DNA of 64,000 nt, from assembly GCA_017416345.1 (NCBI GenBank), contig JAFQCR010000004.1:51783-115782 (forward strand), written 5' to 3'. Both the position numbers and the translations under genes were made by a program. Within the stretch, counting starts at the first letter, position 1. Each line of letters opens with the position of its first letter. A model generated the notes under the pieces. It had not been told where the DNA came from. It did no database searches and worked only from the letters and a program-made list of their open reading frames with translations. Positions 27,989 to 38,800 of the stretch are shown one piece after another. This DNA comes from Clostridia bacterium (lineage in GTDB: Bacteria > Bacillota > Clostridia > Oscillospirales > Acutalibacteraceae).

Positions 27989-30238
27989 TTATTCCGTTTT
28001 TTCGGAATCGGCGTTGGGCTTGGAATCTTTGCGGCGCTTTAAGGTGACGGTCATAACCGTTACGCAGAGCGATATCACGGCAATGCCTGCCACGATAATG
28101 GCAATGGCGGTCGAAAGCTTGAAGCCCTTGGGCTTGTAGATTATATTATCCTTGCCTTCGGTAACGGTGGGCTCCTCCTCTGTGCCGCCGATAAGGTAAT
28201 ACTTACTGCTGCTCAAAGGATTTCCGCCGTTATCCACCTGCACCACGGCAAGATGGTCGCCCGTAACTATCTCAAGCGAGTCCTCCGACATAACGGTGAA
28301 GTTATCCACAAAAACGGTGTCTACCGTTTTATCGTTAAGCAAAATTTTGCTGTGGTCGGTAAACTGCGTTCCCGTAACGGTCACGGTGCCGTCATCGTTG
28401 ACGGTAACATTTGAAATGGTGACATCCTTTACGCCCATTTTAAGGTCGGTCGTCTTATAAGGGTAGTTTTCCTTGCCGCCCCAGGCGTATTTTTCACCGT
28501 AGAGCATATCGTACTCCAGCACACGGAGCCATTCAAGGTATTCCTCACGGTCACTGCAGTTCTGATGCAGCTTGGTAAGAACGCCGTCGTCAATACCGAC
28601 AAGCTCCATAACGTGGGCACCGATCTGATAGGCTGCCATATTGCTGTCATTCTTGTGAAGCGAGAAATTATCCCAGATAACATACTCGGTCCGGAAAAGA
28701 TCGCCGCCCTCAAGATCCTCGGGGTAGATATCAAAGCTCGGCAGATGGTCTCCGTACATAACAACAACGGTGTGCTCGTCACGAGCTTTGAGCGACTCAA
28801 GCAGCTCGCCGAGGAAGGCATCGACCTCTTTAAGTTGGTTTACATAATACTTAAACTCGCTGTTGATGGCCTCATCATCGGAAAAGCCGGTAACGTCGAT
28901 GGCAAGCTCATCCTCGTATTCGGCGGGGTAGCGGCCGTGGCTCTGAACCGTGATGGTGTATATCATATCCGAGCCGTCGGTCGAATCGAGGCAATCGTTG
29001 ATGCAACCGAGCAATACATTGTCCTTTGCCCATCCCGTGGAGGTGAACTCAACGTCCTGCATATACTCGATGGAGGTGAAGGTGTCAAATCCAAGGTTGG
29101 AGAAAACAAGATTTCGGTCGTAGAAAACGGCGGTGTTGTTGTGGATGGCGTGGTTAAAGTAGCCGTTGGATTTTAAGTCATAGCAGATGCTTTCGCTCGG
29201 CTCGGTCTGGAGCACCGTTTTGTAAGGATATTCGCCCATTCCGAAATGGTCGAGCGACATTCCCGAGATTATCTCAAACTCGGTGTTGGCGGTGCCTGCA
29301 CCTATGGACGGCACACCCAGATAGCCGGAGGAATACTCCTTGTGAAGCTTGGAAAAATTGGGGATAGGATCCTCGGAAAAACGGACATTGGAAAGATGGT
29401 TTACATCAAAAAAGGTCTCAAGCTGTAAGAAGATGATATTGGGCTTGTTTTTGCCGGCAAGCGCCTCGGCATTGGCCTTGACCTCCTCGTTGGCGGCGGC
29501 CTCGGCTTCGGTCACCTTGGTGATGCTGTCAACATCGTCCTTGGTGTAAACGGGAGGCTCATCGATGCCAAGATCGAAAACGCTGCACAAGAAGCAGTAG
29601 TTAAAGCCGTACTGCTTGTAGGCGTTGGCAAGGTTTTTGGTGTGGCTGGCCAGCAGGATATCGGCCGCACGGAACGAAAAAAGGCTGATCACAAGCACGG
29701 CCGCAAAGGCACCTGCCGTGATACCCTCACGCAGGTAGTTGATCTTGGCCTTGCGGCATTTTATAAACAGCACGACCAAGGCCGCAAGTGCCCCCACAAT
29801 GGCCAGAACGATGAGTATTATCTGAAATACATTGAGATATTTTGTTATAAGGCTTATTTTTACTATCTGCAGGTCGGCCCATTCAAGCGGAGTGACACGC
29901 AACGCCAGCAACACACAGTTGGCAATGCCGAAGCCCAAAAACAGCGCTCCGAAAAAGCAGTATAGGAAATATCTGCGCTTGAAAAGCGAGCATATGGCCA
30001 TAACGGTCGAAATTACCAGCGAGTTGAACAAAAACGGCAACGGGCTTGTGACGGTGTGCAAAACGCCTTGAACGAATGAGTGACGGTGCAGACATTCGAT
30101 GACAAAGTTCAGCAAAACACCTATAACGATGCTCAGAAGCCAGGTGTGGCTGTTAAGATATGAAAAAACTTTTTTGGTGTATTTCCAAAAACCGGCCCCA
30201 AAATTCTTGACCGAGCGTTTAAGATCCATATATTTCAC
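27989..30238 (-). CDS. LTA-synthase-family (sulfatase-fold) phosphoglycerol transferase with a C-terminal beta-sandwich and second membrane anchor
   Basis: A 749-aa ORF. It has N-terminal multi-TM segments, PNIIFLQLETF, and GAGTANTEFE (catalytic Thr context). The C-terminus has an Ig-like stretch followed by a TM helix (LSTAIAIIVAGIAVISLCVTVMTVTL) and KRRK. Confidence 0.8.
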   Translation of the reverse strand: MKYMDLKRSVKNFGAGFWKYTKKVFSYLNSHTWLLSIVIGVLLNFVIECLHRHSFVQGVLHTVTSPLPFLFNSLVISTVMAICSLFKRRYFLYCFFGALFLGFGIANCVLLALRVTPLEWADLQIVKISLITKYLNVFQIILIVLAIVGALAALVVLFIKCRKAKINYLREGITAGAFAAVLVISLFSFRAADILLASHTKNLANAYKQYGFNYCFLCSVFDLGIDEPPVYTKDDVDSITKVTEAEAAANEEVKANAEALAGKNKPNIIFLQLETFFDVNHLSNVRFSEDPIPNFSKLHKEYSSGYLGVPSIGAGTANTEFEIISGMSLDHFGMGEYPYKTVLQTEPSESICYDLKSNGYFNHAIHNNTAVFYDRNLVFSNLGFDTFTSIEYMQDVEFTSTGWAKDNVLLGCINDCLDSTDGSDMIYTITVQSHGRYPAEYEDELAIDVTGFSDDEAINSEFKYYVNQLKEVDAFLGELLESLKARDEHTVVVMYGDHLPSFDIYPEDLEGGDLFRTEYVIWDNFSLHKNDSNMAAYQIGAHVMELVGIDDGVLTKLHQNCSDREEYLEWLRVLEYDMLYGEKYAWGGKENYPYKTTDLKMGVKDVTISNVTVNDDGTVTVTGTQFTDHSKILLNDKTVDTVFVDNFTVMSEDSLEIVTGDHLAVVQVDNGGNPLSSSKYYLIGGTEEEPTVTEGKDNIIYKPKGFKLSTAIAIIVAGIAVISLCVTVMTVTLKRRKDSKPNADSEKTE

Positions 30239-30476
30239 CTTTAATCAATAGTTTATGCTGAATATTGTAGCACACTTTTAATCGGTTTTCAATTAATGTT
30301 TTGTAACTTTTGCATTACGAACTCCTTAAATCAGCATTATATCGTCAAAAAAAGGAACAAAAACCGCCGTTTGTGGTAAAAAAATATGTTTTTTAGAGCA
30401 AAAGTACTTTAAAAGTTGAGATCGTTGTGATAAAATATACTGATATAAGATTTTAAGATAATTCGGAGGAATTATT

Positions 30477-31505
30477 ATGGCAGTTATAAATGAAAGACCG
30501 TTACCTCATCCCGAGGATATTATAAAGGAACTTCCTTTGCCGGCCGATGCCGCTATGGCCAAGGCACAGCGTGATGCCGAGATTGCCAAGGTATTTGAAG
30601 GTAAGGATGACCGTCTTGTTTTGGTCATAGGCCCTTGCTCGGCCGACACCGAGGAGCCGGTCATTGAGTATATTCACCGTCTTGCCGACCTGCAGAAAAA
30701 GGTCGATGACAAGATACTGATGATACCCCGTATCTACACCAATAAGCCGAGAACCACGGGTGACGGCTATAAGGGAATGGTGCATCAGCCCAACCCCAAC
30801 GAAAAGCCCGATATGATAAAGGGACTTATGGCCATCCGTCATCTGCACATCCGTGCCATCAAGGAAACGGGACTTTCAAGTGCCGATGAAATGCTGTACC
30901 CCGATAACTATTATTATCTGTCGGATGTACTGTCTTATGTAGCGGTGGGTGCACGCTCGGTCGAAAACCAACAGCACCGTCTTGTTGCCAGCGGTATTGA
31001 AATTCCTGTTGGTATGAAAAACCCCACCAGCGGTGACGTGTCGGTTATGCTTAACTCCATTACGGCGGCCCAGCATCCGCAGACCTTTATCTCCCGAGGA
31101 TGGGAGGTCACCACCGACGGTAACCCTCTGACCCACGCCATTTTGCGTGGCTCGGTCGACAGTAAGGGACGTTCACACCCCAACTATCATTATGAGGATC
31201 TCATCAACCTTTGTGAGGATTATGCCGAGCGCAACCTTAAAAATATGGCGCTCATCGTTGATACCAACCATTCCAACTCGGGTAAGCAGTACCTCGAGCA
31301 GGTGCGTATCTGCAAGGAGGTCCTGCATAGCTGCCGTCATTCGGCTGATATTAAAAAATTGGTCAAGGGCTTTATGATCGAAAGCTATATCGAGGACGGC
31401 TGTCAGAAGATAGGTGAGGGTGTTTACGGAAAATCCATCACCGACCCCTGCCTTGGTTGGGAGAAGACCGAGCGCCTTGTACTGGATATGGCCGACCTTC
31501 TGTAA
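30477..31505 (+). CDS. aroG: 3-deoxy-7-phosphoheptulonate (DAHP) synthase, class I (AroF/G/H type)
   Basis: The 342-aa product has LVIGPCSADT, RIYTNKPRTT.GYKGM and IVDTNHSNSGK. Confidence 0.88.
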   Translation: MAVINERPLPHPEDIIKELPLPADAAMAKAQRDAEIAKVFEGKDDRLVLVIGPCSADTEEPVIEYIHRLADLQKKVDDKILMIPRIYTNKPRTTGDGYKGMVHQPNPNEKPDMIKGLMAIRHLHIRAIKETGLSSADEMLYPDNYYYLSDVLSYVAVGARSVENQQHRLVASGIEIPVGMKNPTSGDVSVMLNSITAAQHPQTFISRGWEVTTDGNPLTHAILRGSVDSKGRSHPNYHYEDLINLCEDYAERNLKNMALIVDTNHSNSGKQYLEQVRICKEVLHSCRHSADIKKLVKGFMIESYIEDGCQKIGEGVYGKSITDPCLGWEKTERLVLDMADLL

Positions 31506-31528
31506 ATTTTATATTTTAGGAGAAGCAA

Positions 31529-33412
31529 ATGCTTGTAAGTGTCAGCGGACTTTCAAAGTCCTTTGGTGACAATTTACTTTTTGAAAACATCGGGTTCGAT
31601 ATCGAGCCCGATGATATTGTTGGTCTTATCGGCGGCAACGGTTGCGGTAAGACCACTCTTTTTCGTATACTTTCAGGTGAAGAGCTGCCCGATACGGGCG
31701 GAGTTGTCCGCCGCAGCGGAGCCACTATCGGTGTGCTCAATCAGCACGCCTGCCAGGGTTCGCAAAAGTCGGCCTATCACGAGGCTTTGTCGGTTTTTGA
31801 GGAGCTTATAAAGCTTGAGGACGAGCTGTCGGAGGTCACCCTGCGGCTTGAGACCGACCAAAGCGCCGAGCTTATCGAAAAGCACCACGAGCTTCGTGAA
31901 AAATTTGAGGCTTTGGGGGGACTTACCTACCGTGCTCGCACACGGTCGGCACTTTTGGGACTTGGCTTTTCGGAGGAGGAGCTGACCCTTACTATCCCTC
32001 AGCTTTCGGGCGGTCAGCGCTCAAAAATAGAATTATGTAAACTGCTTTTGTCAGCGCCCGACGTTATTTTGTTGGATGAGCCGACCAACCACCTTGATAT
32101 CGATGCCATTGAATGGCTTGACGGATATATCCGCACCTGTAAAAAGGCGGTCGTTATTATCTCGCATGACCGTTATTTCCTTGACCGTGTTGCCAACCGC
32201 ATTTTTGAAATGGAAAACCACAAGCTTTATTGCTGTGACGGCAACTACACCAAGTATCAGAAGGTCAAAGAGGAGCGCAAGCTGACGGTTCAGCGCAATT
32301 ATGACAACACTATGCGTGAGGTCTCGAGGATCGAGCGCATTATTGAACAGCAACGCCGTTGGAACCGTGAAAAGAACATAAAAACTGCCGAAAGCAAGCA
32401 AGAGCAGATCGACCGCTTGCTTAAGGACCTTGAGATACCCGACAGCGAAAAAGAGGGTATGAGTTTATCATTTTCGGCCGCTGTCAGAAGCGGTGACGAG
32501 GTCTTGTCGGCCGAAGGTCTGTCGAGAGCGTTTGACGGACGCAGTCTTTATAATAATGTATCAATGGACGTCCGCCGAGGCGACCGAATTTTTATAATCG
32601 GTCCCAACGGTTGCGGAAAAACCACCCTGTTGCGTCAGATAATGGACAAAACGGCGGTGGAGTACGGCGTTGGCGTTTCGGTTGGATATTTTGACCAGCA
32701 TCAGCGTGATCTGTGCCTTGAAAAGACCGTATTTCAACAGCTTCGTGACGATTATCCCACAATGGGTGACACCGCTTTGAGAAGCGCATTGGCCCTGTTC
32801 CTTTTCAAGGGGGAGGAGGTCTTTGAGCAGATAGAGACCCTTTCGGGTGGTGAAAGGGCAAGGGTGGCACTTTGCCGTCTGATGTTAAAGCACAACAATC
32901 TGTTACTGCTTGACGAACCGACCAACCACCTTGACCTTGAATCACGTGAGGTCTTGGAGGAGGCTCTGGACGGCTTTGACGGTACGCTCATTTGTGTTTC
33001 GCACGACCGTTACCTTATAAACCGCCTTGCCTCAAGGGTGATGTATTTTGAAAACGGCACCGTTAAGGTCTTGGACGGTAACTATGATAAATATTTAGAG
33101 GTGCGTGAGGCTGTCGAGGCTCCCAAGCAGGAAAAAGCGGTTTCGCAAAACAAGAACGAATACCTCCGCAAAAAGGAGGAGGCCTCACGTCTGCGCAAGC
33201 TGAAAACAGCCTTTTCCAAGTGCGAGCAGGAGATCGCTACTGTTGAAGCCGAATTGGATGAAGTAAACACGCTGCTTTCGTCCGATGAGGTGGTCGCCGA
33301 TTACGAAAGGGTGGCCGAGCTTTCGGAAAAAGCCGACAGCCTCAACACAAAATTAGAGGAGCTTATGTTTGAGTGGGAACGTTTGGGTGCCGAGCTGGAG
33401 GCCTGCCAATGA
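31529..33412 (+). CDS. ABC-F family ATPase (no TM domain)
   Basis: Two ABC cassettes (GGNGCGKTT/LSGGQ/LLLDEPTNHLD and GPNGCGKTT/LSGGE/LLLDEPTNHLD) followed by a C-terminal coiled-coil tail. Confidence 0.88.
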   Translation: MLVSVSGLSKSFGDNLLFENIGFDIEPDDIVGLIGGNGCGKTTLFRILSGEELPDTGGVVRRSGATIGVLNQHACQGSQKSAYHEALSVFEELIKLEDELSEVTLRLETDQSAELIEKHHELREKFEALGGLTYRARTRSALLGLGFSEEELTLTIPQLSGGQRSKIELCKLLLSAPDVILLDEPTNHLDIDAIEWLDGYIRTCKKAVVIISHDRYFLDRVANRIFEMENHKLYCCDGNYTKYQKVKEERKLTVQRNYDNTMREVSRIERIIEQQRRWNREKNIKTAESKQEQIDRLLKDLEIPDSEKEGMSLSFSAAVRSGDEVLSAEGLSRAFDGRSLYNNVSMDVRRGDRIFIIGPNGCGKTTLLRQIMDKTAVEYGVGVSVGYFDQHQRDLCLEKTVFQQLRDDYPTMGDTALRSALALFLFKGEEVFEQIETLSGGERARVALCRLMLKHNNLLLLDEPTNHLDLESREVLEEALDGFDGTLICVSHDRYLINRLASRVMYFENGTVKVLDGNYDKYLEVREAVEAPKQEKAVSQNKNEYLRKKEEASRLRKLKTAFSKCEQEIATVEAELDEVNTLLSSDEVVADYERVAELSEKADSLNTKLEELMFEWERLGAELEACQ

Positions 33413-34236
33413 AGACCTTGTATGTAAGTGACCTTGACGGCACTTTGTTTGATTCCGGCGGACATTTGTCCGACTTTACTCGGGATACCTTAAACGAGCT
33501 TATTGCCAGCGGGATGAACTTCACCGTTGCAACGGCAAGAAGCGTATCCTCGGCGGCAGGACTGTTGGATGACCTTGACTTAAAGGTGCCTGCCGTTATG
33601 ATGAACGGCGTATTTTTGACCGATGTGCCAAACCAAAAGCAGGTTTATGTAAACCGATATCCTGCCGAGCTTGCATACCGTGTCATAAACGTGTTCCGGT
33701 CCAACGGCCGACCTCCGTTTGTTTACAGCTTTAACGGTGAGTATATCGAGTGTGAGTTTACCAAGCTGAAAAACGACTATGAACGGCAGTTTGTGGCCAA
33801 GCGTCAAAAGCTTTACCGCCGATTTGAAAAGGTGGAGGACTACACCGTCGGTAACAGCACGGTGTACATCAACGGCATTGATTATAAGGAAACCATGCAG
33901 GCCGTTGCCGACGAACTGAAAAAAATCGAAGGTATAAAATTCTCGCATTATCTTGACACCTACAGTGGCGATAAGTATTTTGTCGAGGTGTATGTGGAAT
34001 CGGCAGGCAAGTGGAACTCCATAAAACGGCTCAAGGAAATGTATGGCTTTGACCGTGTTGTGGCTTTTGGTGACAACGGAAATGACGTTGAGATGCTGAA
34101 AAATGCCGACCTGGCTGTGGTTGTGGGCAACGCATTACCGCCGGCTTTAGAGGTTGCCGACATTGTGATAGACACCAACGATAACGACGGCGTTGCAAAA
34201 TATCTTTTGGATTTGTATAGGGAAGGGAAGTTGTGA
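33409..34236 (+). CDS. Cof-type HAD-IIB phosphatase
   Basis: The start is ATG 33409, overlapping the ABC-F stop (ATGA). Motifs are YVSDLDGTLF and FGDNGNDVEML. Confidence 0.8.
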   Translation: MKTLYVSDLDGTLFDSGGHLSDFTRDTLNELIASGMNFTVATARSVSSAAGLLDDLDLKVPAVMMNGVFLTDVPNQKQVYVNRYPAELAYRVINVFRSNGRPPFVYSFNGEYIECEFTKLKNDYERQFVAKRQKLYRRFEKVEDYTVGNSTVYINGIDYKETMQAVADELKKIEGIKFSHYLDTYSGDKYFVEVYVESAGKWNSIKRLKEMYGFDRVVAFGDNGNDVEMLKNADLAVVVGNALPPALEVADIVIDTNDNDGVAKYLLDLYREGKL

Positions 34237-34286
34237 AGTTGAGCGCTAATGTCAATACCGAGGCTCACCGTGAGGAAAAATTCAAA

Positions 34287-35687
34287 ATGATGACCACACA
34301 GCCGGTTGAAAAGCTGATTTTAAAGCTGGCTGTGCCCACCATTATCAGCATGTTGGTCACCACCTTTTATAATATGGCCGACACCTTTTTTGTCGGCAAA
34401 ATAGGCGTGGGCCACGTTGACGAGGCGTTAATGCAGACACGTGCCCAGGCGGCGGTCGGTGTTGTTATGTCGCTTATGGCGGTCATTCAGGCCTTCGGAT
34501 TCTTTTTTGGTCACGGCTCGGGCAACTTTGTGTCCCGCGCCTTGGGAAAGCATGATATAAAATCGGCCGACCGAGTGGCATCCTCGGGCTTTTGGTATTC
34601 GGTCATTATAGGCGGTGTTATCCTTCTGCTGGGACAGATATTTGCCGAGCCTTTGGCTCTGCTTTTGGGAGCCAACGGCGATTTCATTGATTACACTGTG
34701 GATTATATGAGGATAATCCTTATAGGCGCACCCATCACAATGGCGTCTTTGGTGCTCAATAACCAAATGCGCTTTCAGGGCAACGCAACCTACGCAATGC
34801 TGGGAATTTCGGCAGGTGCGGTGCTTAACATCGGACTTGATGCTCTGTTCATCCTCGTTTGGGATATGGAGGTCATCGGTGCCGCCCTTGCTACCATTAT
34901 CGGCCAGACCGTGAGCTTAGTATTGCTGTTTGTCGGTACCGAGCGAAGCGACTGTATCAAGATAAGGCTTAGAAATGTCAGATTCGATAAATCAACCGTG
35001 GGTGAGATATGCCGTGGCGGTCTGCCGTCACTTGGACGTCAGGGACTTAACAGCATATCGACCGCCTGCCTTAACAATATGGCCGGTATCTACGGTGCGG
35101 TGGCTTACCCCGGTGTTGCCACAGCCGCAACCTCGGCCGTTGCCGCAATGACGGTGGTCGGCCGTATCATGATGTTTGCCGCATCCGCGCTTATCGGCTT
35201 CGGTCAGGGCTTCCAGCCCGTGTGCGGCTTTAACTACGGAGCAGGACTTTACAGGCGTGTCACCAAGGCTTTTTGGTTCTGCGTCAAGGTGGCGGTCGGA
35301 TTTATTCTGGTCATTGCCGTCCCGGCGTATATCCTTTCGGACAATATCGTGGCAGTATTCCGTGCCAACGACCCCATAGCGCTTGAGATCGGAACCAAGG
35401 CAATGCAATGGCAGATAATAACCTTCCCCGTAATGTCGTGGGTAGTTATGGGCAATATGATGCTTCAGACCATGGGCAGGGTGGTAAGCGCAACGGTGCT
35501 TTCAATCTCCCGAAACGGTCTGTCGTTTATCCCGGCTGTCCTGATACTGCCTGCCATCTTCGGCCTTAACGGAGTTTTGCTGGCACAGCCCGTGGCCGAC
35601 ATAGTTGCCCTTATATTAGCCATACCCGTTACGGTCAAGGTGCTCAAAGAGCTGTCAAATGGTGACGAAGCTCCTAAATTGGGGTAA
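34287..35687 (+). CDS. MATE-family efflux transporter
   Basis: The start is set at ATG 34287 (GAGGAAA RBS). The product has 12 predicted hydrophobic segments and an N-terminus ..LILKLAVPTIISMLVTTFYNMADTFFVG typical of MATE. Confidence 0.85.
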   Translation: MMTTQPVEKLILKLAVPTIISMLVTTFYNMADTFFVGKIGVGHVDEALMQTRAQAAVGVVMSLMAVIQAFGFFFGHGSGNFVSRALGKHDIKSADRVASSGFWYSVIIGGVILLLGQIFAEPLALLLGANGDFIDYTVDYMRIILIGAPITMASLVLNNQMRFQGNATYAMLGISAGAVLNIGLDALFILVWDMEVIGAALATIIGQTVSLVLLFVGTERSDCIKIRLRNVRFDKSTVGEICRGGLPSLGRQGLNSISTACLNNMAGIYGAVAYPGVATAATSAVAAMTVVGRIMMFAASALIGFGQGFQPVCGFNYGAGLYRRVTKAFWFCVKVAVGFILVIAVPAYILSDNIVAVFRANDPIALEIGTKAMQWQIITFPVMSWVVMGNMMLQTMGRVVSATVLSISRNGLSFIPAVLILPAIFGLNGVLLAQPVADIVALILAIPVTVKVLKELSNGDEAPKLG

Positions 35688-35872
35688 ATTTGCATTATTA
35701 TTGCATTTTTACCATAAAATTTGTGAAAAATATAACGATTTTTTTAAAGTTCACTATTTACTTTGCACTTGAAAAGTGTTATTATTGATGTGTACGTGGA
35801 CAAGTAGGCTTTCTTGTCCGCTTATACCATTATATTTTGTCAAAGTTAATTCACATAAGGAGGAAATTTCTC

Positions 35873-38800
35873 ATGGCAAGAAAAATGAAAACCATGGACG
35901 GTAACAATGCCGCTGCTCACGTATCCTATGCGTTTACCGAAGTAGCAGGTATTTATCCTATCACCCCGTCCAGCCCTATGGCAGACTATGTTGATATGTG
36001 GTCGGCTCAAGGGTTAAAGAACATCTTCGGAACCACCGTTAAGGTTTCCGAAATGCAGTCCGAAGCAGGTGCTGCAGGTACCGTTCACGGTTCGTTGAAC
36101 GCAGGTGCCCTCACCACCACCTACACCGCATCTCAGGGTCTTCTTCTGATGATCCCCAACATGTACAAGATCGCCGGTGAGCTTCTGCCTTCCGTTTTCC
36201 ACGTATCGGCACGTTGCGTAGCTTCTCAGGCTCTTAACATTTTCGGTGACCATTCTGACGTTTATGCTTGCCGTCAGACCGGTTTCGCAATGCTTGCTGA
36301 GACCAACACTCAGGAGGTTATGGACCTCGGTGCTGTTGCTCACCTTGCAACCATCAAGGGCCGTGTACCCTTCATCAACTTCTTCGACGGTTTCAGAACC
36401 TCTCACGAGCTTCAGAAGATCGAGGTTTGGGATTACGAGGATCTGAAGGAAATGTGCGATATGGATGCTGTTGATGCTTTCAGAAAGAGAGCATTGAACC
36501 CCGAGCGTCCCGTAATGCGCGGTTCTCACGAGAACGGCGATATCTTCTTCCAGCACAGAGAGTCCTGCAATGAGTACTACGACAAGCTCCCCGCTATCGT
36601 AGAGGAGTATATGGACAAGGTCAATGCAAAGCTTGGCACTGACTATAAGCTCTTCAACTACTACGGTGCACCCGATGCTGACAAGGTCATCATTGCTATG
36701 GGCTCTATCTGCGACGTTGCAGAAGAGGTTATCGACTACATGACCGCTGCCGGCGAGAAGGTTGGTCTTGTTAAGGTTCGTTTGTACCGTCCTTTCGTAG
36801 CCGAGAAGCTCTGCGAGGCTATCCCCCAGACTGCTAAGAAGATCGCTGTCCTTGACAGAACCAAGGAGCCCGGTTCTTTGGGCGAGCCTTTGTACCTCGA
36901 TGTTGTTGCAGGTCTTGCAGCTTGCGGCAGAAGTGCTAAGGTTATCGGCGGCCGTTACGGTCTCGGTTCCAAGGATACTCCTCCTTCCAGCATCTTTGCT
37001 GTATATGATGAGTTGAAGAAGGACGAGCCCAAGGCTCACTTCACCATCGGTATCAACGATGACGTTACCCATCTTTCTCTTGAAGAGAAGCCCGCTCCCA
37101 ACACCGCAGCAGAAGGCACCATCGAGTGCAAGTTCTGGGGTCTTGGCGGTGACGGTACCGTTGGTGCTAACAAAGACTCTATCAAGATCATCGGTGACCA
37201 CACCGACAAGTATGTTCAGGCATACTTCCAGTACGACTCCAAGAAGACCGGCGGTATCACCATCTCTCACTTGAGATTCGGCGACAAGCCCATCAAGAGC
37301 CCGTACTACATCAACAAGGCTGACTTCGTTGCTTGCCACAACCCCTCTTACGTAATCAAGGGCTACAAGATGGTCAACGACGTTAAGCCCGGCGGCGTAT
37401 TCCTCATCAACTGCCAGTGGACCGCTGAGGAGCTTGATCAGCATATGCCTGCTGAAGCCAAGAAATATATCGCTGAAAACAACATTCAGCTTTACACCGT
37501 TAACGCTATCGACCTTGCCGCTCAGATCGGTCTTGGCAAGCGTACCAACACCGTTCTTCAGTCTGCATTCTTTGCACTTTCCAACGTTCTTCCCAAGGAA
37601 GAGGCCATTGGCTACATGAAGGAAAAGGCACAGAAGTTCATGAAGAAGGGTAAAGAGATCGTCGAAATGAACGAGAAGGCTATCGATGCCGGCGCAACCG
37701 CATTCGTTAAGATCGACGTTCCCGCAGCTTGGGCTAACGCTGTTGATACCACCGTTACCGAGAAGTCCGAAGGACGTGAGAAACTCGTTAAGATGGTTGA
37801 CAGCATCATGAAGCCTGTCGGCCTTATGAACGGTGACAGCCTCCCTGTTTCCGCATTCGTTGATCACGCTGACGGTACCTTCGAGCAGGGCGCAGCCGCT
37901 TACGAGAAGCGCGGCGTTGCAGTTCTCGTTCCCGAGTGGAATGCAGACACCTGTGCAAAGTGTAACAAGTGTGCTTATGTATGTCCTCACGCTACCATCC
38001 GTCCCTTCGCTCTTGATGCTGATGAGCTCGCAAAGGCTCCCGCAAACATGAAGAAGGCTCCCAAGCCCATCGTTAAGACCGAGTACACCTATACTCTGGC
38101 TATTTCTCCGATGGATTGTATGGGATGCGGCGTATGTATCGGCGTATGTCCCACCAACTCTCTCAAGATGGTTGCTCAGGATACTCAGCTTGAAGAGCAG
38201 AAGAGCTTTGATTACTGCGTAGCAAATGTTACCGAGAAGGACGGCGTTGCCGGCACTCAGAACATCATTGCTTCTCAGTACAAGAAGCCTCTCCTCGAGT
38301 TCTCGGGCTCCTGCGCAGGCTGTGCAGAGACCGCTTACGCTCGTCTTGTTACCCAGCTGTTTGGTGACAGAATGTATATCTCCAACGCTACCGGTTGTTC
38401 GTCTATCTGGGGTGGCCCTGCTGCTACTTCTCCGTACACCGTTAACGCTGAAGGCCACGGTCCTGCTTGGGCTAACTCCTTGTTCGAGGATAACGCAGAG
38501 CACGGCTTTGGTATGTACCTCGGCCAGAAGGCTATCCGTGCACGTCTTATCGCTCAGGTCGAAGAGATGATGGCTTCCGAGAAGGCATCTGCCGAGTTTA
38601 AGGCTGCTGCTGAAGAATATCTTGCAACTCTTGAGGACGGCGAGAAGAACGGCGCCGCCACCAAGGCTCTTGTTGCTGAGCTCGAGAAGGCCGCCGCTGC
38701 AGGCTGCCCCACCGCTCCCAAGATCCTTGCTGAGAAGGAATACCTCTCCAAGAAGTCCGTTTGGATCTTCGGTGGTGACGGTTGGGCATACGACATCGGC

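Noticed and set aside
30239-30476. Looked for a T-box or riboswitch upstream of DAHP synthase. I did the same upstream of glyA (20077-20240), eno (60784-61020), PFOR (35688-35872) and citrate synthase (5047-5267).
   Set aside because: I could not find conserved riboswitch cores or a T-box specifier/antiterminator arrangement by eye, only promoter-like hexamers and short hairpins. A covariance-model scan (Rfam/Infernal) would be needed to exclude them formally.
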